Below are positions 1-9,055 of a DNA stretch of 64,000 nt, one piece after another. A program made the translations under genes and the position numbers. Under the pieces are notes generated by a model that saw only the letters and a list, made by a program, of their open reading frames with translations, had not been told where the DNA came from and made no database searches. This stretch comes from a virus, in the IMG/VR virus record IMGVR_UViG_3300016667_000143. One strand, given 5' to 3'. How positions within the stretch are numbered: position 1 is the first letter of the stretch; each line of letters starts with the position of its first letter.

Positions 1-2
1 TG

Positions 3-173
3 CTCATGGCCAATCAGTTGTTTAAGCAGGCGCATGAGAGTGGTTTGAAGAGGGAGTTTCTGGAAGCCGGGGAGAAGGTGGCAGAAGCGATTGTTTGGTT
101 AAGGCAAGCTAAAGAGGCGTTTCTGGAGCATGATGAGGTTGAGAGGTTATGGGCAGACCGAGATCGAGGATGA
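3..173 (+). CDS. hypothetical protein, probably 5'-truncated by the window edge
   Basis: Open frame LMANQLFKQAHESG...DRDRG* ends at TGA 171-173, overlapping ATG 170 of the next gene; not in the supplied track. Confidence 0.5.
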   Translation, partial: LMANQLFKQAHESGLKREFLEAGEKVAEAIVWLRQAKEAFLEHDEVERLWADRDRG

Positions 174-400
174 CCACGAGGTGGGAGAAGGTTTTAGCCT
201 TTATCAAGGCGTATGTGAAGATTCATGGTGCGCCGCCGTCTTATGAGATTATTGCGAAGGGTTTGGGGATGAGGTCTAGGTCTAACATGCACAGGATTGT
301 GCATAGGTTGGAGGAAGAGGGTTTGTTGGAGACTAAGCCCCGAAAGTTTTTATCGATTAGGGTTAGGGATAGGTCTGTGCAGGAGATTAGTGCTTTATGA
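149..400 (+). CDS. LexA-like winged-HTH DNA-binding protein, N-terminal domain only (start may be ATG 170)
   Basis: VLAFIKAYVKIHGAPPSYEIIAKGLGMRSRSNMHRIVHRLEEEGLL parallels the LexA DBD pattern (G.PP...EIA..LG..S......L..L...G.I); no S24 peptidase domain. Confidence 0.75.
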   Translation: MGRPRSRMTTRWEKVLAFIKAYVKIHGAPPSYEIIAKGLGMRSRSNMHRIVHRLEEEGLLETKPRKFLSIRVRDRSVQEISAL

Positions 401-1893
401 GTTTGTTGTCGCAAAAGGAGATTGCTTCTTATCTGGCTATTGTGGACAAGGTTCCGGAGGCCGAGAGGAAGAAGATTTTGCGGCTATTGGAGATGGACCG
501 GGTTGAGAGGTGCCGGGATTCGTTTTTGTTCTTTGTGCAGCAGATGTGGCCGGTGTTTATATCTGGTAAACATCATAAGATCATGGCAGATGCCTTTGAG
601 AGGGTTGCGTCAGGCAGTTTAAAGAGGTTAATTATTAATATGCCTCCCCGGCATACCAAGTCTGAGTTTGCGAGTTATTTATTGCCTGCGTGGTTTTTGG
701 GGAAGTTTCCGGAGAAGAAGATTATTCAGACTGCCCACACGGCAGAGCTGGCTGTTGGGTTTGGTAGGAAGGTTAGGAATCTGGTTCAGTCAGAGCCGTA
801 TAAGAAGGTGTTTGACACTGAACTGTCCAGCGATTCAAAAGCTGCGGGAAGATGGAATACCAAACAGGGTGGTGATTACTTTGCTATCGGTGTTGGTGGT
901 GCTGTAACGGGTAAGGGTGCGGATATTTTGATCATTGATGATCCGCATTCTGAGCAGGAGGCTAAACAGAATAATCCTGCGGTGTATGACGGGGTGTATG
1001 AGTGGTACACCTCTGGTCCTCGGCAGAGGTTACAGCCCGGCGGGGCCATCATCATTGTGATGACCCGGTGGGCCAAGAAGGATTTAACTGGGCAGATTCT
1101 TAAGAATTCCGGGAAAGATGGAACCGATGATTGGGAAGTTATTGAGTTCCCGGCGATTCTTCCGTCAGGAACGCCGTTGTGGCCCGGGTTTTGGAAGAAG
1201 GAAGAGTTAGAGGCCATTAAGGCTGAGATCCCGGTGTCTAAATGGGAAGCTCAGTATCAACAGAATCCCACCTCGGAAGAGGGCGCGATTGTCAAAAGAG
1301 AGCAATGGCGTATTTGGGAAGATGATTCTCCCCCGGAATGTGAATACGTTATTCAGTCATGGGACACGGCGTTTGAGAAAAGTAATAGAGCCGACTTCTC
1401 AGCCTGTACCACATGGGGTGTATTCCAGAAGGTCAATGACAAGGGTGAATACCGGCCCAACATTATTTTGTTGGATGCGTTTAAAGACCGCATGGAGTTT
1501 CCGGAGTTAAAACAGAGGGCGTTTGAGTTGTGGAAGGAATGGAACCCGGACACCTTGATTATTGAAAAGAGGGCGGCGGGTGCGCCTTTGGTTTATGAGT
1601 TGAGGAAGATTGGCATTCCTTTGTCCGAATACACCCCGTATAAGGGGCAGGACAAGATTGCGCGGGTGAACTCAATTGCAGATTTATTTGCCTCTGGAGT
1701 AGTCTGGAGGCCGGAAACCCGATGGGCAGATGAAGTTGTAGAGGAGATGGCGTCATTTCCTAATGGGGACCATGATGACCTTGTGGACTCATCTTCTCAG
1801 GCCCTGATGAGGTTTAGGCAAGGGGGCTTTATTTCGGTTCAGTCTGATGAAGAGGACTATCCGATTGTTCGCCGCAGAATTGAATACTACTAA
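397..1893 (+). CDS. terL: terminase large subunit
   Basis: Walker A region LIINMPPRHTKSE, Walker B ILIIDDPH, RNase H-like nuclease motifs SWDTA and HDDLVDSSSQAL. Confidence 0.95.
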   Translation: MSLLSQKEIASYLAIVDKVPEAERKKILRLLEMDRVERCRDSFLFFVQQMWPVFISGKHHKIMADAFERVASGSLKRLIINMPPRHTKSEFASYLLPAWFLGKFPEKKIIQTAHTAELAVGFGRKVRNLVQSEPYKKVFDTELSSDSKAAGRWNTKQGGDYFAIGVGGAVTGKGADILIIDDPHSEQEAKQNNPAVYDGVYEWYTSGPRQRLQPGGAIIIVMTRWAKKDLTGQILKNSGKDGTDDWEVIEFPAILPSGTPLWPGFWKKEELEAIKAEIPVSKWEAQYQQNPTSEEGAIVKREQWRIWEDDSPPECEYVIQSWDTAFEKSNRADFSACTTWGVFQKVNDKGEYRPNIILLDAFKDRMEFPELKQRAFELWKEWNPDTLIIEKRAAGAPLVYELRKIGIPLSEYTPYKGQDKIARVNSIADLFASGVVWRPETRWADEVVEEMASFPNGDHDDLVDSSSQALMRFRQGGFISVQSDEEDYPIVRRRIEYY

Positions 1894-1901
1894 GGACCAC
1901 C

Positions 1902-4274
1902 ATGAGCATTGACCGCGCTTTAACGCCAATGGCCCCCGCAGAGGGTCCGGAGATCGAGATTCTTGTCGAGAATCCGGAATCCATGACCATCAATCTGGAT
2001 GGGGTGCAGATTGAGCTAGGGGAAATGGAAGAGGAGTTTGATAAGAATCTGGCTGAAGATATGGATGAAGGCGAGCTTCAGAGCTTGGCTTCTGAGCTTA
2101 TCGGATTGGTTGATGCGGATATTGCATCCCGCAAAGATTGGGCAGATATGTTTGTCAAAGGCCTAGAGGTTTTGGGCATGAAGTATGAGGAGAGGTCTGA
2201 GCCTTGGCTCGGAGCCTGTGGGGTGTATAGCCCTCTTCTCACGGAAGCTGCCATCAGGTTCCAGTCTGAGATGATCACTGAAACCTTCCCGGCTCAGGGT
2301 CCGGTTAAGACCCAGATCATTGGGGAAGAAACTCCAGTGAATAAGGCTGCTGCATCCCGTGTTCGGGATGACATGAACTTCCGGCTCACCGAGCAGATGA
2401 TTGAGTACCGCCCGGAACATGAACGCCTTTTATACGCGCTGGGCCTCGCCGGAGCTGCGTTTAAAAAGGTCTACTACGATCCGAGTTTAGAGCGGCAGAC
2501 CGCCCCGTTTATCCCGGCAGAAGACATGATCATGCCCTATGGGGCAGCTAACATTTATAGCTCTGAGCGTGTCACCCATGTCATGCGGAAGACCAAGAAT
2601 GACATCCGCAAACTTCAGGTCGCCGGGTACTACCGAGATATTGATCTTGGTGAACCTGTCAGGATGTTCACCGACATCGATAAAAAGAAAGCCGAAGAAC
2701 AGGGCTACACCTTAAACGATGATGATCGCTATCAAATCCTTGAGATTCATGTTGATTGGGATCTCGGGGAAGATGAGGATGAGGTGGCGTTACCTTATGT
2801 CATCACCATCGACAAAGGTTCAAGTAATGTCTTAGCTATCCGCCGTAACTGGCAGGAAGATGACAAGAAACGCCAGAAGCGCCAGCACTTCGTTCAATAC
2901 ACCTACATCCCCGGATTTGGCGCATACGGCCTTGGTTATATCCATTTGATCGGTGGATATGCCAGAGCCGGAACCTCAATCATCAGGCAGTTGGTTGATG
3001 CCGGGACATTGAGCAATCTCCCGGGTGGTTTAAAAACCCGTGGCCTGAGGATTAAAGGGGATGACACCCCGATTGCCCCGGGTGAGTTCCGTGATGTTGA
3101 TGTTCCCAGTGGTTCTGTCCGGGACAACATCATGCCGCTGCCCTATAAGGAGCCTAGTCAGGTTCTGGCCGGGCTGTTGGAAAGGATCACAGAAGAAGGC
3201 AGAAGGCTTGCTGCCATTGCTGATTTAAAGATCAGTGATATGTCAGCTCAGGCTCCGGTCGGCACGACACTGGCCATTTTGGAGCGCCAGCTTAAGACCA
3301 TGAGCGCTGTTCAGGCTCGTGTCCATTCCAGTCTTAGGATGGAATTTAAACTTTTGAAGCAGATTATCCGGGATTTCATGCCCCCGGATTACAGCTATGT
3401 ACCTCAAGGTGGTGATCGGGCAGTTAAACAGTCTGATTATGACCAAGTTGAGGTGATTCCGGTGTCTGATCCTAATGCCGCCACGATGGCGCAGAGGATC
3501 ATGCAGTACCAAGCTGCCCTCCAATTAGCGCAAGGGGCACCTCAAATCTATGATTTACCCCAGCTACACCGGCAAATGTTGGAGGTTTTAGGCGTTAAAA
3601 ACGCCGAAAAGCTGGTTCCGGTCGAAGATGACCAGAAACCACGGGATCCTGTGAGCGAAAACATGAGTTTCCTCACCGGGAAACCCACCAAAGCCTTCAT
3701 TTACCAAGACCATGAGGCTCATATCGCCACTCACATGGCGTTAATGCAGGATCCTTCGGTCATGGCAATGATCGGGCAGACCCCGATGGCCCAGCAAATG
3801 CAGGGCGCCATCATGTCTCACATCGCAGAACACATGGCGTTTAATTACCGCGCCAAGGTTGAAGAGCAACTCGGTGTCCAAATGACGCCCCCGGACGCAG
3901 AACTGCCTGAAGAGGTCGAAGTTCAACTGTCCCGAGTGGTTGCTCAGGCTGCACAACAACTTCTTCAGACCAATCAGGCCAAGGCCCAACAGGCTCAGGC
4001 ACAGCAAATGGCGCAAAACCCAATGCTCCAGATGCAACAAGCAGAACTTCAGCTAAAAGCCGAAGAACTGAAGAGGAAAGAAGCTGATAGTCAACGTGAT
4101 TTCCAGATCGCCCAACAGAAACTCCAACTGGAGCAGACCCGATTGGCGCTGGAATCTCAAAAAGAAGCTGCGCGGTTAAACGCTCAGGATCGAAATGTTG
4201 ATAAGAAGCTCAAAACGGACATGCTGAAACACATGACCAAGCAAGTGAAGCCCCCAAGACAAACCACTCAATAA
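1902..4274 (+). CDS. portal protein (P22-like, with long Q-rich C-terminal coiled coil)
   Basis: 790 aa directly after terL; motifs AFKKVYYD, YGLGYIHLIGG, LVDAGTLSNLPGG; helical C-terminus. Confidence 0.85.
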   Translation: MSIDRALTPMAPAEGPEIEILVENPESMTINLDGVQIELGEMEEEFDKNLAEDMDEGELQSLASELIGLVDADIASRKDWADMFVKGLEVLGMKYEERSEPWLGACGVYSPLLTEAAIRFQSEMITETFPAQGPVKTQIIGEETPVNKAAASRVRDDMNFRLTEQMIEYRPEHERLLYALGLAGAAFKKVYYDPSLERQTAPFIPAEDMIMPYGAANIYSSERVTHVMRKTKNDIRKLQVAGYYRDIDLGEPVRMFTDIDKKKAEEQGYTLNDDDRYQILEIHVDWDLGEDEDEVALPYVITIDKGSSNVLAIRRNWQEDDKKRQKRQHFVQYTYIPGFGAYGLGYIHLIGGYARAGTSIIRQLVDAGTLSNLPGGLKTRGLRIKGDDTPIAPGEFRDVDVPSGSVRDNIMPLPYKEPSQVLAGLLERITEEGRRLAAIADLKISDMSAQAPVGTTLAILERQLKTMSAVQARVHSSLRMEFKLLKQIIRDFMPPDYSYVPQGGDRAVKQSDYDQVEVIPVSDPNAATMAQRIMQYQAALQLAQGAPQIYDLPQLHRQMLEVLGVKNAEKLVPVEDDQKPRDPVSENMSFLTGKPTKAFIYQDHEAHIATHMALMQDPSVMAMIGQTPMAQQMQGAIMSHIAEHMAFNYRAKVEEQLGVQMTPPDAELPEEVEVQLSRVVAQAAQQLLQTNQAKAQQAQAQQMAQNPMLQMQQAELQLKAEELKRKEADSQRDFQIAQQKLQLEQTRLALESQKEAARLNAQDRNVDKKLKTDMLKHMTKQVKPPRQTTQ

Positions 4275-4282
4275 GGTAATTC

Positions 4283-4477
4283 ATGGCCGCTACTGCGTTT
4301 TCCGTAGTGCTGAAAGACATTGAAGCAAAAATTGAATCCATGACTCGCGCTTTAGCTGATGGCGCGGCGAAGGATCATGCTGAATATAAGTCCATGACCG
4401 GCGAAATCCGAGGTCTATCGCTGGCTCATTCCTTCGTAACTGACCTCGTGCGTAAATTGGAGCGTGATGATGAGTGA
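4283..4477 (+). CDS. small conserved phage protein (helical)
   Basis: 64-aa ORF coupled between portal and GroES-like gene; Y..M.GEIRGL motif. Confidence 0.7.
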   Translation: MAATAFSVVLKDIEAKIESMTRALADGAAKDHAEYKSMTGEIRGLSLAHSFVTDLVRKLERDDE

Positions 4478-4874
4478 AATCCTCCTTAGTACCGGAGAAG
4501 ATGCTGTCCCGACAACCCTTCCTGCCTCTGCCGAGGAAAAGGCGCGTCAATTACCTCAACCTTCGACCTACCACATTCTCTGCGCCCTTCCGGAGATTGA
4601 GTCGGAGTATGAGAGCGGTCTTCTGAAGGCCGATAAGACCATTTACTTCGAAGAAGTGATGTCGCCCGTGCTGTTTGTCGTGGCGATGGGGCCTGATTGC
4701 TACAAGGATAAAGCCCGGTTCCCGAGCGGTCCTTCATGCAAGAAAGGTGATTTTGTTCTTGTCCGGCCAAACACCGGAACCAGAATCAAAATTCATGGCA
4801 GAGAGTTCCGGATCATCAATGATGATTCCGTGGAAGCTGTCGTGCAAGACCCCCGTGGCATTTCGAGGAGTTAA
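4464..4874 (+). CDS. groES: GroES/Cpn10-like co-chaperonin
   Basis: LPQPSTYHILC..., VVAMGPDCY, CKKGDFVLVRPNTG, FRIINDDSVEAVV follow the Cpn10 pattern. Confidence 0.8.
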   Translation: MMMSEILLSTGEDAVPTTLPASAEEKARQLPQPSTYHILCALPEIESEYESGLLKADKTIYFEEVMSPVLFVVAMGPDCYKDKARFPSGPSCKKGDFVLVRPNTGTRIKIHGREFRIINDDSVEAVVQDPRGISRS

Positions 4875-4876
4875 AC

Positions 4877-5806
4877 ATGGCTTTTGAAAAGGAAGAATTT
4901 AAGTTTCCGGATGAAAAGCCGGAAAAAGAGGCAAAACTGGAGATTGAAGTCGAGGGTGAGGCCGAAATCGAGGTGGTAGATGACACCCCGGAAGCGGATA
5001 AAAACCGCACCCCGATGAAAGAGCCCCCTGCGGATGTCACGGATGAGGAATTAGCCCAAGTCCAAGATGAACGCTTCCGGCATCGGCTTCAGCATTTTGC
5101 CAAAGGCTACCATGAAGAACGCCGGGCTAAAGAGGCAGCTATCCGGGAACGGGAAGAAGCCTTAAAACTCGCTCAAAATGTTCTGGAGGAGAATAAAAAA
5201 CTCCAAACTAATCTTGGGCAGGGCCAGCAAGCTCTCTTGGAACAAGCTAAACAAGTTGTTGCCAAAGAGGTTGAAGAGGCTAAACGGAAGTATAAAGAAG
5301 CGTATGAATCCGGCGATTCAGATGCTTTAGTGGCAGCGCAAGAAGCGTTACTTACGGCGAAAATCAAAGCCGATAAAGTGGCGAATTTTAAACCTGCTTT
5401 ACAAAAGCCAGAAACTCCGGTACAAACTGCTCCTAGAACCGTTGAATCTCCGGTTGATCCGAAAGCCAATGCGTGGAAGGAAGCAAATCCTTGGTTCGGT
5501 GAAAACAAACGGATGACCGCAATGGCTCTTACGATTCACCAAGAACTTGTGGATAGTGGAGTAGATACACGGAGTGATGATTATTACGGGAAACTCAATA
5601 ACGAATTGAGGCAAATGTTCCCTGATGCTTTCCCCTCAGAGAAACCCGTAAAAAAATCAACTGTTGTAGCTCCCGCGACCCGCAGCACTGCGCCAAAGAA
5701 AATCGTGCTGACTCAATCGCAAGTTAATACTGCCAAACGGTTAGGACTGACTCTTGATCAGTATGCCCGTGCGGTAGCGGAAGAAATGAGGAAACAAAAT
5801 GTCTGA
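4877..5806 (+). CDS. putative capsid scaffolding protein
   Basis: Acidic N-terminus, long coiled coil, W...NPWFG motif, position before capsid genes. Confidence 0.6.
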   Translation: MAFEKEEFKFPDEKPEKEAKLEIEVEGEAEIEVVDDTPEADKNRTPMKEPPADVTDEELAQVQDERFRHRLQHFAKGYHEERRAKEAAIREREEALKLAQNVLEENKKLQTNLGQGQQALLEQAKQVVAKEVEEAKRKYKEAYESGDSDALVAAQEALLTAKIKADKVANFKPALQKPETPVQTAPRTVESPVDPKANAWKEANPWFGENKRMTAMALTIHQELVDSGVDTRSDDYYGKLNNELRQMFPDAFPSEKPVKKSTVVAPATRSTAPKKIVLTQSQVNTAKRLGLTLDQYARAVAEEMRKQNV

Positions 5807-6245
5807 ACGTCAACCCCGTGAAACTCGTGAAAAGTTTGAGCGTCCTAAGTCTTGGATGCCTCCGCAGCTTCTCCCTAATCCGGCACCGGAAGAGGGGTAT
5901 CAGTTTCGCTGGATTCGGGTCAGCACCTTGGGTTCCAGTGACCCAATGAATGTTTCTTCGAAGCTCCGCGAAGGTTGGGAACCTGTAAAGGCTTCTGAGC
6001 ATCCCGAAATCCAACTGATGGGCACCGGGGACAAACCCCGCTTCCCGGACAGCATTGAGATTGGTGGACTCTTACTTTGCAAAACCCCGACTGAGTTTGT
6101 CGAGCAGAGGAACGCGCATTTTCAGGCGCAGACTGAAAGCCAGATGACCTCGGTTGATAACAACTTCATGCGCCAGAATGACCCCCGCATGCCGGTGTTT
6201 AAAGAACGCCGTAGCGAGGTTAAATTCGGGCGTGATGCCAAATAA
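5799..6245 (+). CDS. conserved phage head-region protein
   Basis: 148 aa, translationally coupled; FRWIRVS, KLREGWEPV, GGLLLCK motifs. Confidence 0.7.
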   Translation: MSERQPRETREKFERPKSWMPPQLLPNPAPEEGYQFRWIRVSTLGSSDPMNVSSKLREGWEPVKASEHPEIQLMGTGDKPRFPDSIEIGGLLLCKTPTEFVEQRNAHFQAQTESQMTSVDNNFMRQNDPRMPVFKERRSEVKFGRDAK

Positions 6246-6258
6246 TTAGGAGTTTTCG

Positions 6259-7089
6259 ATGGCCTATCCTGTGATCGACGCCCCTTACGGGCTAAAGCCG
6301 GTCAATTTGATCGGCGGTCAGGTGTTTGCGGGTTCTACCCGTGAATATCCGATTACCTACGCTTACGCAACCAACATCTTCTACGGTGACTTCGTTGGTC
6401 TGTCCCGTGGCGAGATTGTGCGTTTGTCGGTTTCGACCGGCACGGCTGGCAATCAGACCGGCATTTTCTTGGGCTGTTCTTACACTGACCCGACCACCAA
6501 ACAAAAGCGTTTCTCGCAATACTGGCCTGCCAACACGGCGGCTGGTGATGCGGTTGCGATTGTTTGCGATGACCCGGACACGGTGTTCAAGGCAGTGATC
6601 TGCTCGTCGGGCACTACGGTGGCCTCGGGCGCTCGCGCGATGATCGGGCAGAACCTTGCCTGTATCAACAACACGGGCAGCTCGTTTACCGGCGACTCCA
6701 AGAACGCTCTGCTGGCTCCGACTGACACGCCTGCGACCACCTCGTCGCTTCCGACTCGTGTTCTGGGCCTTGTGCCTGACACGGCGGTGGCTCTTGGTAC
6801 CGCAACGTACACCAGCATTGCGACCGCGACCGTGACCTGCTCGGCGCTTCCGTTTGCCCTTCCGGTTGGTACGGATGTTGGCTCGCTGGATAGCAACGGC
6901 CAGTTCATTTCGTCTGGTTCGTTCGTTGACACGGCTGCGTCTGCCGGTGCGACCTCGTTTATCCTGAATCAAGCCCCGGCTGTGGCGTTTGCTGCAAGTG
7001 CCACGCTGGTGTTCACTCAGTACCCTGAGCTGCTTGTCAAGATCAACTTTGGTCAGCATCAGTATTACGCTGGCACCAGCATTGCCTAA
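6259..7089 (+). CDS. putative capsid decoration/cement protein
   Basis: A/T/G-rich beta protein just before MCP with the same high-expression codon bias; N-terminal PYGLKPV motif. Confidence 0.6.
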   Translation: MAYPVIDAPYGLKPVNLIGGQVFAGSTREYPITYAYATNIFYGDFVGLSRGEIVRLSVSTGTAGNQTGIFLGCSYTDPTTKQKRFSQYWPANTAAGDAVAIVCDDPDTVFKAVICSSGTTVASGARAMIGQNLACINNTGSSFTGDSKNALLAPTDTPATTSSLPTRVLGLVPDTAVALGTATYTSIATATVTCSALPFALPVGTDVGSLDSNGQFISSGSFVDTAASAGATSFILNQAPAVAFAASATLVFTQYPELLVKINFGQHQYYAGTSIA

Positions 7090-7101
7090 GGAGTGATCTA
7101 A

Positions 7102-8013
7102 ATGGCTATTTCACGCGCACAACTACTTAAAGAACTCCTCCCGGGGCTTAATGCACTGTTCGGCATGGAGTATTCGCGCTACGGCGAAGAGCACAAAGAG
7201 ATCTACGAAACCGAAACTTCGGAACGTAGCTTTGAGGAAGAAACCAAGCTGGCCGGTTTCTCCGCTGCTCCGGTGAAGAACGAAGGTGCTGCGATTGCGT
7301 ATGACAATGCGCAAGAAGCATGGACTGCTCGTTACAACCATGAAACCATTGCGATGGGTTTCTCTATCACCGAAGAGGCGATGGAAGACAACCTGTATGA
7401 CAGCCTCTCGGCTCGTTATACCAAAGCTCTGGCTCGCGCTATGGCGTACACCAAGCAAGTCAAAGGTGCTGCTGTCCTGAACAACGGTTTCAGTGGCAGT
7501 GTTACCTATGGCGACGGTCAGCCGCTGTTCTCGACGGCTCACCCGCTGGTGTCCGGTGGCACGAACAGCAACCGCCCGACCACGGCTGTTGACCTGAACG
7601 AAACCGCTCTTGAGGCGGCTGTCATTCAGATCGCTGCGTGGACGGATGAGCGTGGTCTGCTGATCGCCGCCAAGCCCCGCAAGCTGATTGTTCCCCCGGC
7701 TCTGATGTTCGTTGCCACCCGCCTGCTCGAAACGGAACTCCGTGTCGGTACGACGGACAACGACATCAACGCCATCAAGAACAACGGCTCGATCCCCGAA
7801 GGCTACACGGTCAACCACTTCTTGACCGACAGCAATGCGTGGTTCCTCACCACGGATGTGCCTAACGGTCTGAAGCACTTCGTGCGGACGCCGCTGGCCA
7901 CTTCGATGGACGGTGACTTTGATACGGGCAACGCTCGTTACAAAGCTCGTGAGCGTTATAGCTTCGGCGTGTCGGATCCCCTCGGTATCTGGGGTTCGCC
8001 CGGCGCAAGCTGA
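7102..8013 (+). CDS. major capsid protein (Mu gpT-like family)
   Basis: MAISRAQLLKELLPGLNALFG..., PRKLIVPPAL, KARERYSFG; strong codon bias; followed by an intrinsic terminator. Confidence 0.9.
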   Translation: MAISRAQLLKELLPGLNALFGMEYSRYGEEHKEIYETETSERSFEEETKLAGFSAAPVKNEGAAIAYDNAQEAWTARYNHETIAMGFSITEEAMEDNLYDSLSARYTKALARAMAYTKQVKGAAVLNNGFSGSVTYGDGQPLFSTAHPLVSGGTNSNRPTTAVDLNETALEAAVIQIAAWTDERGLLIAAKPRKLIVPPALMFVATRLLETELRVGTTDNDINAIKNNGSIPEGYTVNHFLTDSNAWFLTTDVPNGLKHFVRTPLATSMDGDFDTGNARYKARERYSFGVSDPLGIWGSPGAS

Positions 8014-8030
8014 TACACCATGTAGTAGGG

Positions 8031-8059
8031 AAAGGGGGCTTCGGCCCCCTTTTCTTTTT
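8031..8059 (+). terminator. intrinsic terminator after MCP
   Basis: AAAGGGGGC-TTCG-GCCCCCTTT followed by TCTTTTT. Confidence 0.9.
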
Positions 8060-8069
8060 ATATCTCCCG

Positions 8070-8078
8070 TGGTATAAA
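8070..8078 (+). promoter_or_regulatory. putative extended -10 promoter
   Basis: TGG-TATAAA directly after the terminator and before the structured leader. Confidence 0.45.
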
Positions 8079-8084
8079 CAATTA

Positions 8085-8160
8085 CCCCCGGGATTTAACC
8101 AGCGTATTAGACAGACCCGGCTGACGGCATGCAGACTAATACGCGACTCGCATGTGAGGC
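8085..8160 (+). ncRNA. structured RNA with interleaved helices, candidate Mu-gpT-DE-type motif
   Basis: CCGGG 8088-92/CCCGG 8116-20; GCGTATTAG 8102-10/CTAATACGC 8136-44; GCATGC 8127-32/GCATGT 8150-55; directly downstream of a gpT-like capsid gene. Confidence 0.6.
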
Positions 8161-8166
8161 AATAAA

Positions 8167-8679
8167 ATGGGTTTAGCTTCCCACCTTGGTCCGTGGCTGT
8201 TGGGCACGGTTAAAGACACCACCGGCACGACCGCTGGCACGATCCGTAATATGGGCGCGACGATTGTTGCCCAGTCTTATACGGCTCCTTTTTCGGTTAT
8301 GACCACTTCGCCCACGGCGCAGCAAATGTTCACGCTGCCTGCTGGCGCGAAGATTCTCCGTTTCGATGTTGAAGTAGTGACTGCCCTGTCGGGCGGTTCT
8401 GTGTCAAACTGCGGCATCACGATTGGCAACGCCGGTACGGCTAATCTGTATGTCACCACGTTTAACTCTGGCACTTCGGCGGCTAAAGTCGCGCAATCGA
8501 CTGTTGACGCAGCCATGCAAGTCGCCCAGACGAACAACATTGGTTCGACGGATGTTCCGGTTTATGCCACGTTCACGGCTGCTACCGGCAACCCCACGGC
8601 TGGTTCGATTGTCATCACTTGCGAATATATTGTCCGCAATTCGGATGGCACTTATGCGCCTACTTCGTCGCAAGTGTAA
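8167..8679 (+). CDS. putative virion structural protein
   Basis: 170 aa, T/A/G-rich, GAGG RBS, capsid-like codon usage. Confidence 0.75.
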   Translation: MGLASHLGPWLLGTVKDTTGTTAGTIRNMGATIVAQSYTAPFSVMTTSPTAQQMFTLPAGAKILRFDVEVVTALSGGSVSNCGITIGNAGTANLYVTTFNSGTSAAKVAQSTVDAAMQVAQTNNIGSTDVPVYATFTAATGNPTAGSIVITCEYIVRNSDGTYAPTSSQV

Positions 8680-8687
8680 TTGATCTC

Positions 8688-8709
8688 GGGGGCTTCGGCC
8701 CCCTATTTC
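8688..8709 (+). terminator. hairpin / weak intrinsic terminator
   Basis: GGGGGC-TTCG-GCCCCC then TATTTCT. Confidence 0.6.
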
Positions 8710-8716
8710 TAGGAGA

Positions 8717-9013
8717 TTGATTATGATGCAGACCGATGTTAAGTCCGCGCATGCGAGCGTTGCAGGAACGTTGTTTAACGGGCCTACGCGCTTAAAAGGG
8801 CTGATTATTTGCCCGGCGGTCAGCACGGCAGCTACGGTGCAATTTAAAGACGGCGGGGCTTCTGGCGCTGTATTGTTGGAAATTGATATTGCCAGCAACA
8901 CCAACCCGAACACCTATACGTTTGACATCCCGGGTGAAGGGATTAAATTCAGCACCACGCTGTATCTTGCTCTGAGCGCCGCAGTGACCGGCGTGACTGC
9001 TTTTTACGGCTAA
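8717..9013 (+). CDS. small beta-rich virion-associated protein
   Basis: 98 aa, GGAG RBS, beta-strand pattern. Confidence 0.7.
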   Translation: MIMMQTDVKSAHASVAGTLFNGPTRLKGLIICPAVSTAATVQFKDGGASGAVLLEIDIASNTNPNTYTFDIPGEGIKFSTTLYLALSAAVTGVTAFYG

Positions 9014-9055
9014 ACATCCTAGCGCCGCTTAATTGCGGCGCGGTAGGATACCGCG

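Noticed and set aside
6292-7878. Long antisense ORFs opposite the cement and capsid genes (6292-7059, 7123-7878)
   Set aside because: Shadow frames produced by strong codon bias of highly expressed genes; no RBS or motifs
8121-8135. Hammerhead ribozyme core (CTGACGG)
   Set aside because: Departs from CUGANGA and lacks the GAAA and NUH elements in register
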